Part shown: positions 9,999 to 19,342 of the stretch, in pieces | Numbering within the stretch: position 1 is the stretch's first letter | Layout: every line of letters starts with the position of its first letter | Origin: a virus | Lineage: Duplodnaviria > Caudoviricetes | Length of the DNA: 63,225 bases | Reading direction: 5' to 3' (one strand) | IMG/VR virus record: IMGVR_UViG_3300049167_000226 | Span: 1 to 63,225 of that record | The notes under the pieces: model-generated | What the model was told of the DNA's origin: nothing | Database searches by the model: none | Seen by the model: only the letters and a program-made list of their open reading frames with translations | Position numbers and translations under genes: made by a program

Positions 9999-10265
9999 AT
10001 GAAGCGGCCGCCTATTGATCATCCTGACGCGATGAGGCTTGTCGTCGAATTATCAAGCCTTTACGTCGCATGTGATGACTGCGGCCATTCGCGGGTTCTA
10101 GGTCTGCAAAATCTGAGCACCGCCGCAGAGATAGGCGTCCACAACTACATGCAGCTGTGTCGTAAAATTCGTTGCAGCGAATGTCCGAAAACTACGCCGG
10201 CCTTTCGAAACCTGACTATTCGGCCCACTTGGCGCTGTGACGAGCCGCGTTACAGCATGGCGTGA
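9999..10265 (+). CDS. Small Zn-finger protein, putatively SOS-regulated
   Basis: CDDC and CSEC pairs, strong RBS, convergent with cI. Confidence 0.75.
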   Translation: MKRPPIDHPDAMRLVVELSSLYVACDDCGHSRVLGLQNLSTAAEIGVHNYMQLCRKIRCSECPKTTPAFRNLTIRPTWRCDEPRYSMA

Positions 10266-10996
10266 AAAACGACCTTGTGGATGCTGAAAACCTTCCTACG
10301 ATCAAACTCCAGCTCGTGCTCCTCGCCAGCGCCGGGATTGTACTGGTAGAGGCGTAACAGGTCTTTGGTTTCACTTACAAAACGCTTGATGTAGCTGTAA
10401 ATTTCGTCATCGCCATCGCCCATAACCTGGACAATGACGTCGTCACCCTGGCGGTATCGAGCATGAGGATTCACCCATGCGGTCTCGCCGTTGAAGAACC
10501 TCGGCTCACCGGAGGTTCCCTGTACCTGGACGGCATAAGCGCCTTCAACGCCTTCGAGTCCAGGAGGACAAAATACCCGTGCGATGTCTTGGCCGTTCAT
10601 GATGAAGCGACCGTTGGGCCCAGCGGCTATCTGCCCACGAAGCGGTACCGAAGTATCGTCAGGGAATGCCTGGTAGCGAGGAGGGAAGCTCGCGTTTGGC
10701 GCGGGCATCTTCTTCGCTTGCTGTGGCATCGCAACAACATTCGATCCTGCTTGCGATCCCAGCCATTGCGTCATGCCCTCGAAGCCAGGTGGTAGCTCCC
10801 CGAAATAGCGTGCTGCAGTTTCAATTTCAGAGATGTCAAGCTTTCTCCGCTTCTTCGGGTCGTCGCTCTCCAACTCGATCGAGCGGGTGACTTTATCGGG
10901 CGCTATTCCAGTCGCCTTGCTGAACGCGGCCTTCACGCCGCGAGGCTGCAATTTGGAGGCAAGCCACTGTTTTAGTTCGTGTTGCGGGTCGCTCAT
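10250..10996 (-). CDS. cI: CI-like repressor with S24 peptidase domain
   Basis: N-terminal HTH-like region, IAAG cleavage site, VQGTSGEP Ser and YIKR Lys; divergent from cro; start moved to MSDPQ. Confidence 0.9.
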   Translation of the reverse strand: MSDPQHELKQWLASKLQPRGVKAAFSKATGIAPDKVTRSIELESDDPKKRRKLDISEIETAARYFGELPPGFEGMTQWLGSQAGSNVVAMPQQAKKMPAPNASFPPRYQAFPDDTSVPLRGQIAAGPNGRFIMNGQDIARVFCPPGLEGVEGAYAVQVQGTSGEPRFFNGETAWVNPHARYRQGDDVIVQVMGDGDDEIYSYIKRFVSETKDLLRLYQYNPGAGEEHELEFDRRKVFSIHKVVFHAML

Positions 10997-11088
10997 GCGG
11001 CAATACTCGCGAATTGCGCAAAAAATTCCATCGCGAAGATCGCAAAATTTGCTTGACTTAAAATCGCGGCAATCGCAATTATCGCGAC
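10997..11088. promoter_or_regulatory. OR operators and PR promoter (cI/cro switch)
   Basis: Several GCGA-N3-TCGC-like sites; TTGACT(11053)-N17-CAATTA just before cro ATG. Confidence 0.8.
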
Positions 11089-11331
11089 ATGAGCGAAAAA
11101 CACCTTGATCCCGCCAAATCGATCGTTGCCAAAATCGGCGTTCCAAAGTGCGCTGAGGTGACTGGCAAGCACGTGACACGTGTCTACCGCTGGATGGCTC
11201 CGCGCGAGAAGGGTGGCACCGGCGGCGTCATACCTCACGAAGACGCAGTATCGCTGATCGCCTACTTCAAGGCGAACGGGATCGAGTTTTCGCACGAAGA
11301 ATTCTTCACATCTCCTGAGGCAGCCCAATGA
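11089..11331 (+). CDS. cro: Cro-like HTH regulator
   Basis: IGVPKCAEVTGKHVTRVYRW HTH; divergent from cI. Confidence 0.8.
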   Translation: MSEKHLDPAKSIVAKIGVPKCAEVTGKHVTRVYRWMAPREKGGTGGVIPHEDAVSLIAYFKANGIEFSHEEFFTSPEAAQ

Positions 11332-11849
11332 CCGCGCTCGCTTTCGACTTTTTCTCATCTTCACCTCCTTCGCAAGGTCATGCGAAGAGAGTGCCAGCTT
11401 TCGCTTCCAAAGTGCCGGAATCGTTGACCAATCACCTGGAAACGCTTTCCAGCAATGACAATTGGGGATCCTCCCAGGATCCTGCGGGGAAGGGTGCGTC
11501 TGAAGTACCTTCCTCGCAGGCAATGATCCGGGAGCTGGGGGAGTTGATCTCCCCAAACCAGCCGGCGAAGGTGTTGTATCCTCTCCTGCAGACCGACCTT
11601 CGCCGGCATTGCCCCAATATTTCATCGCGTCGTGTCCGATCGATCTACAACGGCGAGGTGTTCAGGCTATGGGATGACGAAGCGCTCGCCCTCCGCCTCG
11701 CTCTGGCGAACCGAAAGAACCAGAAGGCTCGGCGCGATTTTGCGCGCGCCGCCATTGAGATGGCAAAGCAGCTCGCCGCGCATGGCGTTCCGCTTTCCGC
11801 TGATCAGCACCGCATCGTTGAAACGCTTTCGGTCGAGGTCACGATATGA
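11328..11849 (+). CDS. Putative regulator in CII position
   Basis: Follows cro; ISSRRVRSIYNGE helix motif. Confidence 0.55.
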   Translation: MTALAFDFFSSSPPSQGHAKRVPAFASKVPESLTNHLETLSSNDNWGSSQDPAGKGASEVPSSQAMIRELGELISPNQPAKVLYPLLQTDLRRHCPNISSRRVRSIYNGEVFRLWDDEALALRLALANRKNQKARRDFARAAIEMAKQLAAHGVPLSADQHRIVETLSVEVTI

Positions 11850-12370
11850 GTGCGGTCCTCGACTGGAAGACGCTCAGCAAGGACGAAAAATTTGGCATCG
11901 TCCGTAAGCTTGCAGAGGTCGATGGGCTTTCCGGCGGCCAGATCGCCGGCCAGTTCGTAAACGCGAGCCGAAATTCTGTTCTGAGCTTCGTCGATCGATA
12001 CGATATCAAGCTCGCCCGCAAGCACGGGCAGCACGAGGTTGTTCGCGTGAAGACCACGCCGGCCACAACCGTGCGGAAAGGTTCTTCGCCCGCAGGGAAA
12101 TTTGCCTTCGGCAGAACCCATGCGCCACCGGCCAAGCCGGTGCCGGACATTGTTGCTTTGGCACCCATCTCCAAATCCCGCGCCTTTGATCCGATCGACG
12201 GCGTCGATCCTGTTCACCTTGATAGCCTGACTGGCAGACAGTGCCATTGGCCAGTGAGCGGGCTCGAAGGGAATGAGCCGCTCTTCTGCGGCGCTTCAGC
12301 TTCCAACATCTACTGCACCAGCCACGAGCGGCTTGCATACGTGCCGCGCGGACAGAGAGGATCGATTTGA
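11846..12370 (+). CDS. GcrA-family cell-cycle regulator-like protein
   Basis: GLSGGQIA...SRNSVL HTH and CHWP...FCG...YC..H.RLAY C-terminal motif. Confidence 0.85.
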   Translation: MSAVLDWKTLSKDEKFGIVRKLAEVDGLSGGQIAGQFVNASRNSVLSFVDRYDIKLARKHGQHEVVRVKTTPATTVRKGSSPAGKFAFGRTHAPPAKPVPDIVALAPISKSRAFDPIDGVDPVHLDSLTGRQCHWPVSGLEGNEPLFCGASASNIYCTSHERLAYVPRGQRGSI

Positions 12371-12825
12371 TGACCCGCATTCTGGAGGGCCGCAACAGGG
12401 CCAACGCCGATGAAATGGCGTCGTTCGTCGACAAGTACGAGGAGCTCGAGAACGAAAAGCTCCGCGAAAAGATGAGCTACATGGAGCGCTGCCGCAGAAT
12501 TTCCGAGCAGCAGAAGGACCTCCTCGACGACGCCAAAACACAGGGCCTTCCGAAGAACGTCGTCAAAGCCGTCGTCAAGGCTCGCGATCTTGAAAAGAAG
12601 GTCGAAGCTCTCATGGAAGAGCTCGAGGACGACGCCGCACAAATCTTCAAAGACATTCGAGAAGCCCTCGGCGACTACGGCGATCTTCCGCTCGGCAAGG
12701 CTGCGATCTCCCGCGAGGAGCAGGACGACGAACGCACGGCGGCCGTGGTTAAGGCGGTGAAGAACGACCTCACCGAAAAGGAACAGGAAGAATGGGACAA
12801 GGCGGAGCCTGCCGGCAATGCCTGA
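12367..12825 (+). CDS. GapR/DUF2312-like DNA-binding protein
   Basis: SFVDKYEELENEK...KDLLDDAKTQGLPKNVVKAVVKAR resembles the DUF2312 pattern. Confidence 0.6.
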   Translation: MMTRILEGRNRANADEMASFVDKYEELENEKLREKMSYMERCRRISEQQKDLLDDAKTQGLPKNVVKAVVKARDLEKKVEALMEELEDDAAQIFKDIREALGDYGDLPLGKAAISREEQDDERTAAVVKAVKNDLTEKEQEEWDKAEPAGNA

Positions 12826-13017
12826 TCTCTAAATATTGGACGGCGGTCTCTCCTGAACGCCGGCGACGAGCTGCTTCGCGCAACTGGCAGCACGTCGAGG
12901 CCCGGACCTTTCCTCGTTGGAGGTCCGGGCTTCCAGCCCAGGCGGATGAACGGTTTCTGGTGACAGCCGACCCCTGAGACGGCGCGGAACCTTGTTGTTC
13001 ACGACAAGAAGCATCCG

Positions 13018-13617
13018 ATGACCGAAGCCCCCCGCATCCTATCCTTAGACTTGGCGTCGAAATTTGGTTTCGCCATAGGTGCCGCCGGCGAGAAGCCTGT
13101 ATCCGGCTCTCAATATTTCACACGCAGCGGCGGTGCTCCGAAGGGCGGCCCGGTATCGAATGGCGCCAAGTTCTGGCACGCGATGCGTTTTATCAGCGGC
13201 GTGATCGAGGAGCATCGACCAACGCATATCGTCTGCGAGCAGCCGATTGCGCCATCTTCAAAGCAGGGCCAGACATCAACGGACGCCTTCGAGATCCTCT
13301 ACGGCCTGCCAGCTGCGGTACGCGGTATGGCATTTGGCCTCGGCGTCTACGATTGGACGTATGCCACGCCGTCGACGGTCAGGAAGCACTTCATCGGCAA
13401 TGGCGGGATGAAGGGTGAGGAAGCAAAGCCGATCGTATTCCGTAAGTGCGTCGCCCTCGGCTGGATCGATCCCACCACCGAAACCGATCTGGCTTATGAC
13501 CGCTCCGACGCTCTCGCCATCTGGTCTTGGGCGGAAGCAAAGCTGGCGCCGAAGCTAGCTCAGCCGGTCGACGATCTCTTCCTGAAGGCAGCATCGAAAA
13601 AGAGGATGGGCGCATGA
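13018..13617 (+). CDS. RuvC-like Holliday junction resolvase
   Basis: ILSLDLASKFGFA, IVCEQP, TPSTVRKHFIG, DRSDALAI. Confidence 0.8.
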   Translation: MTEAPRILSLDLASKFGFAIGAAGEKPVSGSQYFTRSGGAPKGGPVSNGAKFWHAMRFISGVIEEHRPTHIVCEQPIAPSSKQGQTSTDAFEILYGLPAAVRGMAFGLGVYDWTYATPSTVRKHFIGNGGMKGEEAKPIVFRKCVALGWIDPTTETDLAYDRSDALAIWSWAEAKLAPKLAQPVDDLFLKAASKKRMGA

Positions 13618-14300
13618 CGGCACTGATCAAGTCGACAGCGGCACAGGCGGGACGTGGTGACGATTGGGATCCGTATGCGATCCTCGGCATCAAGCGCCGG
13701 GCCTCGGCGGAACAGATTCGCTCAGCCTATCGGAAGAAGGCCAAGGCGGTACATAGCGACATCACCGGGGATGCTGCTGCGTTTCTTCTGCTGAAGGACG
13801 CCCATGACTTCCTGATGGATGCCGTCGCCCGCGCTCTATGGGACCGAAAGCAGGTCCGGGCGACCGAGTTGGAAGGGAAAAAGGCCCGCGGACTGCTCGA
13901 CCAGATCTGCAACTCTGTCATCGCCGGCATAGCCAGCGGCGGGAAACTGCCCCCAGAGCACGCCAATATCCCTGATCTGATGCGGCAGGTCGTTTGCTCG
14001 CAGCTGGATGACTTCGCAGGCAGCCTGAACGAAACGCGTAAGCGTCTCAGTCGCCTGAAACTGATGAAGGGAACAACGCGTCGGAAGGGGCGGGGTGTCA
14101 ACATCATCGCCCTCGCGATCGATGCCCGGATCGCCGAGTCCGAAGCGATGCTTGAAAAACTGGAGCACGAGATCCGCATCGGCGACGTCATGCTCGCCGA
14201 GCTCGAAGCTTACGAATGCGACCTGCCTCCAGAACCGTACTGGCCGGGCGACGGCTTGTCGTCGTCACACGCTCCCACCTTCACGATCAGGGTATTCTGA
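13614..14300 (+). CDS. N-terminal J-domain protein (HSD variant)
   Basis: DPYAILGI...IRSAYRKKAKAVHSD...F..L.DAH..L.D; start moved to MTALIK. Confidence 0.8.
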   Translation: MTALIKSTAAQAGRGDDWDPYAILGIKRRASAEQIRSAYRKKAKAVHSDITGDAAAFLLLKDAHDFLMDAVARALWDRKQVRATELEGKKARGLLDQICNSVIAGIASGGKLPPEHANIPDLMRQVVCSQLDDFAGSLNETRKRLSRLKLMKGTTRRKGRGVNIIALAIDARIAESEAMLEKLEHEIRIGDVMLAELEAYECDLPPEPYWPGDGLSSSHAPTFTIRVF

Positions 14301-14446
14301 TGGAGACCACGATGCGTCACGTACCGACCGCGCTGATGATGCTGTTGATGTTCGTCTTCCTTGGCCTCGGATTTTACGGCCTGGCGCAGCATGTCAGCAA
14401 GCAGGTGTTCGGACATCGCAGCTCGATCGAGCAGGTGGGCCGCTAG
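14300..14446 (+). CDS. Small single-TM membrane protein
   Basis: TGATG coupling; LMMLLMFVFLGLGFYGL. Confidence 0.55.
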   Translation: METTMRHVPTALMMLLMFVFLGLGFYGLAQHVSKQVFGHRSSIEQVGR

Positions 14447-14447
14447 C

Positions 14448-15041
14448 ATGGATACTCTCTGGTCATACTTCGGCGTGAATTGGCCGTTCGGCGATCTTGA
14501 ACCAGGATCGTACGATTTCATCATGGCAGATCCGCCGTGGGACTTCTCCAACTGGTCATCAAAGGGCGAGCGCAAGAACGCCAAAGCGCACTATCGGTGC
14601 CTGCCGATCGCGGAAATAAAAGCGTTCCCGGTTGCCGAACTGGCTGCACCCAACACGCTCTTATGGATGTGGGCAACGAACCCGATGCTCGATCAGCAGA
14701 TCGACACGTTGAAGGCCTGGGGGTTTGATTTCAAGACCGCCGGCACGTGGGTGAAAACAACCGTCCACGGCAAGATCGCCTTCGGCACTGGCTACATCTT
14801 CCGTTCCTCGTCCGAACCGGTCCTGATCGGCACCAGAGGCAGTCCAAAAACAAGCCGTTCGGTTCGCTCGGTGCTCTTCGGACCGGTGCGTGAGCATTCA
14901 CGCAAGCCGGAGGAAGCGTTCGTGGCGGCCGAAAAGCTCATGCCAAAGGCACGCCGCGTTGAGCTTTTCAGCCGGACGGACCGGTCCGGTTGGGACACTT
15001 GGGGCGACGAAGTTGGAAAGTTCGAGGGAGCGGTAGCATGA
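14448..15041 (+). CDS. MT-A70-family adenine methyltransferase
   Basis: IMADPPW, LLWMWATNP, HSRKPE, VELFSR, WGDE. Confidence 0.93.
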   Translation: MDTLWSYFGVNWPFGDLEPGSYDFIMADPPWDFSNWSSKGERKNAKAHYRCLPIAEIKAFPVAELAAPNTLLWMWATNPMLDQQIDTLKAWGFDFKTAGTWVKTTVHGKIAFGTGYIFRSSSEPVLIGTRGSPKTSRSVRSVLFGPVREHSRKPEEAFVAAEKLMPKARRVELFSRTDRSGWDTWGDEVGKFEGAVA

Positions 15042-15358
15042 CACGAGCGTCTGGTGAAAGCCTTTTCGGTCTGCCGGTCGCCCACGAGCCCGGCCTTAGC
15101 CGCATTCTCGTCGAGCATGGAGACGGCACCTGGTCGCTGGCTCTAATTCGAGATTCGCTGGTGAAGGAATTTCCGGACCGGCCCATCTGGGCCGAGTGCA
15201 CCTTCACGATGGACGAGGCGATCGAGACGGCCAGGCTCGCGTTCAGCAGCGACCCAATCATCCGGGACGACAAGAACGCCGGCAAGAAGCTGGCGGCCGC
15301 AGTGCTGATGTTCGCCCAGGCTACCGGGATGATCCCAAAAGAGGAGGCCAAGCCATGA
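15038..15358 (+). CDS. Hypothetical protein
   Basis: ATGA coupling. Confidence 0.6.
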   Translation: MTRASGESLFGLPVAHEPGLSRILVEHGDGTWSLALIRDSLVKEFPDRPIWAECTFTMDEAIETARLAFSSDPIIRDDKNAGKKLAAAVLMFAQATGMIPKEEAKP

Positions 15359-15684
15359 ACGTTCGGCTGAAGCTCGTCCCGGTTCAAATTCAAATTACCG
15401 AAAAGGCGAAAGCGACCCTTATCCGTCAGGCGGGAGAACGGGGCGTGTCGATGACGCGATGGGCGAACCAGCTTTTCGATGCTGGTTTTGCTGCAGCATG
15501 CGCCCGAGAAAAATCGATGCCGAGCACCGACGCAGATCTCGACGCGATCGTTGGCGCCGTCCTGCTGTTGCGCGAGCGCGAGAAGTGGGACACGCCCACG
15601 CTCGCCCAGGCGCTCGGCGTTCCCGAGGCCACGATCGACCGTATTCTGGACGGCTGGCAGATCTACCGGCTGGAGCAAGCATGA
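15355..15684 (+). CDS. Putative DNA-binding protein (RHH-like N-terminus, HTH-like C-terminus)
   Basis: VQIQITEKAKATLIRQA.ERGVSM; TPTLAQALGVPEATIDRI. Confidence 0.6.
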   Translation: MNVRLKLVPVQIQITEKAKATLIRQAGERGVSMTRWANQLFDAGFAAACAREKSMPSTDADLDAIVGAVLLLREREKWDTPTLAQALGVPEATIDRILDGWQIYRLEQA

Positions 15685-15995
15685 ACGACTTCGACGGTTT
15701 CGCACGCGGGAGGGGAAAACGCTGGTTTGCGATGTTGCGGCTTGCTCGCGATGGCGAGCCCAAGCCGCTTCTGAACAAGGGCGGTTCACCCGTCGTCTTT
15801 GTCGACGAGCTGTCCGCCACCAAAGCCGCGCTCGAGCATGTGCTCGCATATTTCAACGGCCATCTCGTCAGCTCGCGCGATATCGCCGGCGGCAATATCA
15901 GGATCGCAAAGTTTCAGAAAGCCGAACGCCTGCTCTTCAAAAAAGGGCGGGCGATCAAAGTCGAGAATGCAAAGGGCAGCATAATCCGTGAGTGA
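15681..15995 (+). CDS. Hypothetical protein
   Basis: ATGA coupling; overlaps primase start. Confidence 0.6.
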   Translation: MNDFDGFARGRGKRWFAMLRLARDGEPKPLLNKGGSPVVFVDELSATKAALEHVLAYFNGHLVSSRDIAGGNIRIAKFQKAERLLFKKGRAIKVENAKGSIIRE

Positions 15996-18210
15996 CGACT
16001 TCAATGTCTCGATCGAGCCGATTGCTCGCCGGATCCTCGGCGAGGCCCTCGGCGGCGAGCCGAACAAGCATCTGTCGTCTCGCACCGAACTGCGGTGGGG
16101 AACGAACGGCTCGATCGCCGTCGATCTGCAGAAGAACGTCTGGCATGATCATGAGGATCAGATCGGCGGTGGCGTGCTCGAGCTGCTGCGCGCATTCAAG
16201 GGGTTTGACAAGAGCGAAGCGGTCGCCTGGCTTGTCGACAACGGGTATCTCGAAAGCCGCGAGAACCTGATCGCCAAGCCGGTCGATATCCCTGGCGGGT
16301 TTCCCGACTTCATGGATCCAAAGCCGATCGCCTGTTACGAATATCTCGATCATGATGGCCGGCTTGCTTATCAAGTCTTAAAGTTCCCGAAGAGCGCTCC
16401 GCGCCGCTTCATGCAGCGTCGGCCGCACCCAAAGGGCGGCTGGGTTTGGGGATTACAGGCCGGTCGGTACGGCCGCTCCAAGGTAAAGAAGGGCGATGCC
16501 GCCAACTGGTGGAAGGTCAAGGAAGACCGGAAATACGAGGCGGAGGAGGATCTCCCCGACGCTCCTCGATTTCTGTACCAGCGCAAGAAGGTCATCGCGC
16601 TACGTGGTTCCGGCGGGACCGTACTTCTCATGGAAGGCGAGAAGGATGCCGATACCGTCACCGAATGGGGACACGTCGGCACGACCAATGCCGGCGGCGC
16701 AAAATATTGGGAAGATGCCTTCGATGATGACCTGGAAGGGTTGGACGTCGTCATCTGTAACGATAACGATGATGCCGGCCGCAACCGTGCCCAGGTTCGC
16801 GCGGCCGCTCTGCGCGGCAGGGCGTGGAGCGTCAGGATTCTCGATATCTCGAAGCACTGGCCGGAATGCCCGGAAAAGGGCGATGTCTCCGACTGGCGAG
16901 ATCACGGCGGCGGTACCCCTCAGAAGTTCACGGAGCTGGTCGCCTCGGCGCCGCATTGGACGCCGCAGCCGCCACGGTCATCGTTCGGCGCCATGTCATG
17001 GCACGATCTCGACCAGCCCGGTCAGGACATGGAATACCTCGTCCATGGCATGCTGACGGTTGGTGACCGGTCGATGCTGGCGGGGCCATCCGGTTCGGGA
17101 AAAACCTTCCTCGCAACCCATCTGGCTATGTGCGTTGCGCGCGGCCAGGAATTTCTGGGCCGGGCTGTCCTGCAGGGCGGCGTGATCTATCAGGCGGGCG
17201 AGGGCGCCCGCGGCCTGAAGAAACGTATCAAAGCCTACCGCAATCATTTCAATGTGGCGGATACAGAAGACGTTCCGTTCGTGCTGCTGCCGTCCCGGGT
17301 CGACCTATTCTCAAAAGATAACGACGTCCAGAGGCTGATCGACGAGATCAATGCCTGGAAGCCCGTGCTGAGCCACCCTTTGCGGATGGTCGTGATCGAC
17401 ACGTTCTCGAAGGCCACAGCCGGCGCCGACGAGAATAGCGGGAAGGACGTCTCGATCGTCATGGAGAACGTCGATCGCATCGCGACCGAATGCGGCGTAC
17501 ACGTAATGATCGCCCACCACCTCAATGCCGACGGCAAAAAGTTACGTGGCCACACCTCGCTCTACGCCGACGTCGACCAGGTCCTCACCGTCACAAACGA
17601 CGAAGAAACGAAGGTCCGGACGCTCACCCTCACCAAGCAGAAGGACGACGAGGACGGCGTGAAGATCAACTTCTCGCTCGCCCAGGAGATTGTCGGCTTT
17701 GATGCGGTCAACGAGCGAGACATCACTTCCTGCGTGGTGCTTTCGGTCAGCGAGAAAGAGCGTTTGAAGAAAGAGCAGGAGCGGATGGGCGTGAGCGTCA
17801 ATCCGACCGAACGGCGCTTCCTCGTCGAGTTCTTCGAGGCCATCGACAAGTACGGCGAGTTCGTTCTCGACCAGCCGCACCTTCCGCGCAGCGCGCGCGG
17901 CAAGTCCGTGGTGACCTGGGATCATTACGTCGAGGTCGCGATCTCGAAGATGCTAAACGAGGAGGATCCCAAGAAAGCGAAGGACAGGCTGAGGAAGGCC
18001 TTCAATCGGATGACCGACGGCTTGGTCAAGATCGGCGCGATTAAGTTCGAGAAGCCGTACATGTGGTGGACCGGGAAGCCGATCCGCGGGTTCGGCAGGA
18101 CCTTCCCGCGCAAGGAGGCCGATCCGCAGCGCCAAACAGAGATTTTCAACCCGTCAGATGATCCGGAAATAAGCGCGTTCTTGCGGGGCGAAGTGGAGGT
18201 ACCGTTTTGA
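15988..18210 (+). CDS. Primase-helicase (TOPRIM + RepA/AAA_25-like SF4 helicase)
   Basis: LMEGEKDAD, DNDDAG, KGDVSDW; GPSGSGKT, VVIDT, LRGHTSL. Confidence 0.92.
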   Translation: MSDDFNVSIEPIARRILGEALGGEPNKHLSSRTELRWGTNGSIAVDLQKNVWHDHEDQIGGGVLELLRAFKGFDKSEAVAWLVDNGYLESRENLIAKPVDIPGGFPDFMDPKPIACYEYLDHDGRLAYQVLKFPKSAPRRFMQRRPHPKGGWVWGLQAGRYGRSKVKKGDAANWWKVKEDRKYEAEEDLPDAPRFLYQRKKVIALRGSGGTVLLMEGEKDADTVTEWGHVGTTNAGGAKYWEDAFDDDLEGLDVVICNDNDDAGRNRAQVRAAALRGRAWSVRILDISKHWPECPEKGDVSDWRDHGGGTPQKFTELVASAPHWTPQPPRSSFGAMSWHDLDQPGQDMEYLVHGMLTVGDRSMLAGPSGSGKTFLATHLAMCVARGQEFLGRAVLQGGVIYQAGEGARGLKKRIKAYRNHFNVADTEDVPFVLLPSRVDLFSKDNDVQRLIDEINAWKPVLSHPLRMVVIDTFSKATAGADENSGKDVSIVMENVDRIATECGVHVMIAHHLNADGKKLRGHTSLYADVDQVLTVTNDEETKVRTLTLTKQKDDEDGVKINFSLAQEIVGFDAVNERDITSCVVLSVSEKERLKKEQERMGVSVNPTERRFLVEFFEAIDKYGEFVLDQPHLPRSARGKSVVTWDHYVEVAISKMLNEEDPKKAKDRLRKAFNRMTDGLVKIGAIKFEKPYMWWTGKPIRGFGRTFPRKEADPQRQTEIFNPSDDPEISAFLRGEVEVPF

Positions 18211-18533
18211 GGAAGTCAGTTCGTCAGCAGCATGGCGACCCGGTAAGATATGTTGCCTGCGTTCTGTGGCTGATTGGCTACTCCGAGCGCGCGATTGCCA
18301 CGGTCTTGAGCCTGCGCACCAAGCAGGTCGCAGGCCTCATCAGCCGGAGCGAATACGCTGGGCGGTCATTCATGAGCGATGAGCAGCGAACGGAAATGCT
18401 GAAGGAGCTGGAGAGCATCAGGATGGAAGGTGGTGTGCCGATCGACGGCGGGCTGCTGGATCGTGTGCCGTTCTCCATCCTCCACCTCGGGGCCGCCTCC
18501 CGGCCTGGCCCGATGCGGAGACGCTTGGGATGA
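18207..18533 (+). CDS. HTH-containing protein
   Basis: GYSERAIATVLSLRTKQV. Confidence 0.6.
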   Translation: MRKSVRQQHGDPVRYVACVLWLIGYSERAIATVLSLRTKQVAGLISRSEYAGRSFMSDEQRTEMLKELESIRMEGGVPIDGGLLDRVPFSILHLGAASRPGPMRRRLG

Positions 18534-19342
18534 AGAGTTTTAAGGAAAGACTCGATGCGCAGCGCACCGAAAAGAGGGATCTGAGGAAGCGTGTCCTGCC
18601 GCCGGTCGCGTATTACGGCCGCGAGCCGGCGTTTGAGCAGAAGCGTATCGAGTTCTACTCGGCCATGGCCGCAGCGTTCGGATGGAAGGAGTGGAGACTA
18701 AACCCGGAGATCGTGATGGTCACCTCGGCGGGCGGCCGCGATGGTCGGAAAGCTGAATTGGCGAGCATCGGCCGTGAGCGTGCTGTGCCCATCATCACCA
18801 ACACAGCTCCGCTCGAATACATGTTCAGCAAGGGCATGTTGCACGGCAAGGATGATGCGCCAGGCGCATCGCATCGCCGGCTCAACGCGGGCCAACGCCT
18901 TCGCAGCATCTGGGAAGGCGCACAGATCTCGGGTCTGAAGGCCGCGAACCTCGAAGGTTCAAGCGGGGGCGGGATGCCCGGCAGGTTGCCCGGCGAATAT
19001 AAGATGGACTGTATTCGATGGCTCGCGGAGCTACGAGGCGCAAACGAGACGGTGGGGCTTGTCCAAGCGCCATTCTCGATCATCGAGGATCTTGTCTATC
19101 ATGATAAGTGGGTATGGGAGAAAGTGCGGGTAGACCGGCGAGAGCGCTTTATCCTGAAGATACATCGCGCTCTCGACGAGCTGTCAGTGCGGTTTCACAT
19201 GATGACCATGCGGGACTTCAACGCCCGCTGGTACCCTTTGCAGCGGCGCGCAGAAGAGCAAGAATCGCCTGATCCATCTCCGGCTCAGCCGTCTGATCAG
19301 CCCGCGCCTCGGTCGCCAGACGATGCGCCTCCGAGCGAATAA
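18530..19342 (+). CDS. Hypothetical protein; candidate late-gene regulator (Q-like position)
   Basis: Last gene of the replication operon; function inferred from position only. Confidence 0.5.
   Translation: MKSFKERLDAQRTEKRDLRKRVLPPVAYYGREPAFEQKRIEFYSAMAAAFGWKEWRLNPEIVMVTSAGGRDGRKAELASIGRERAVPIITNTAPLEYMFSKGMLHGKDDAPGASHRRLNAGQRLRSIWEGAQISGLKAANLEGSSGGGMPGRLPGEYKMDCIRWLAELRGANETVGLVQAPFSIIEDLVYHDKWVWEKVRVDRRERFILKIHRALDELSVRFHMMTMRDFNARWYPLQRRAEEQESPDPSPAQPSDQPAPRSPDDAPPSE

Noticed and set aside
12826-13017. Small ORF or sRNA with hairpin cccggacct/aggtccggg
   Set aside because: No credible start codon or RBS and no U-tract; insufficient evidence
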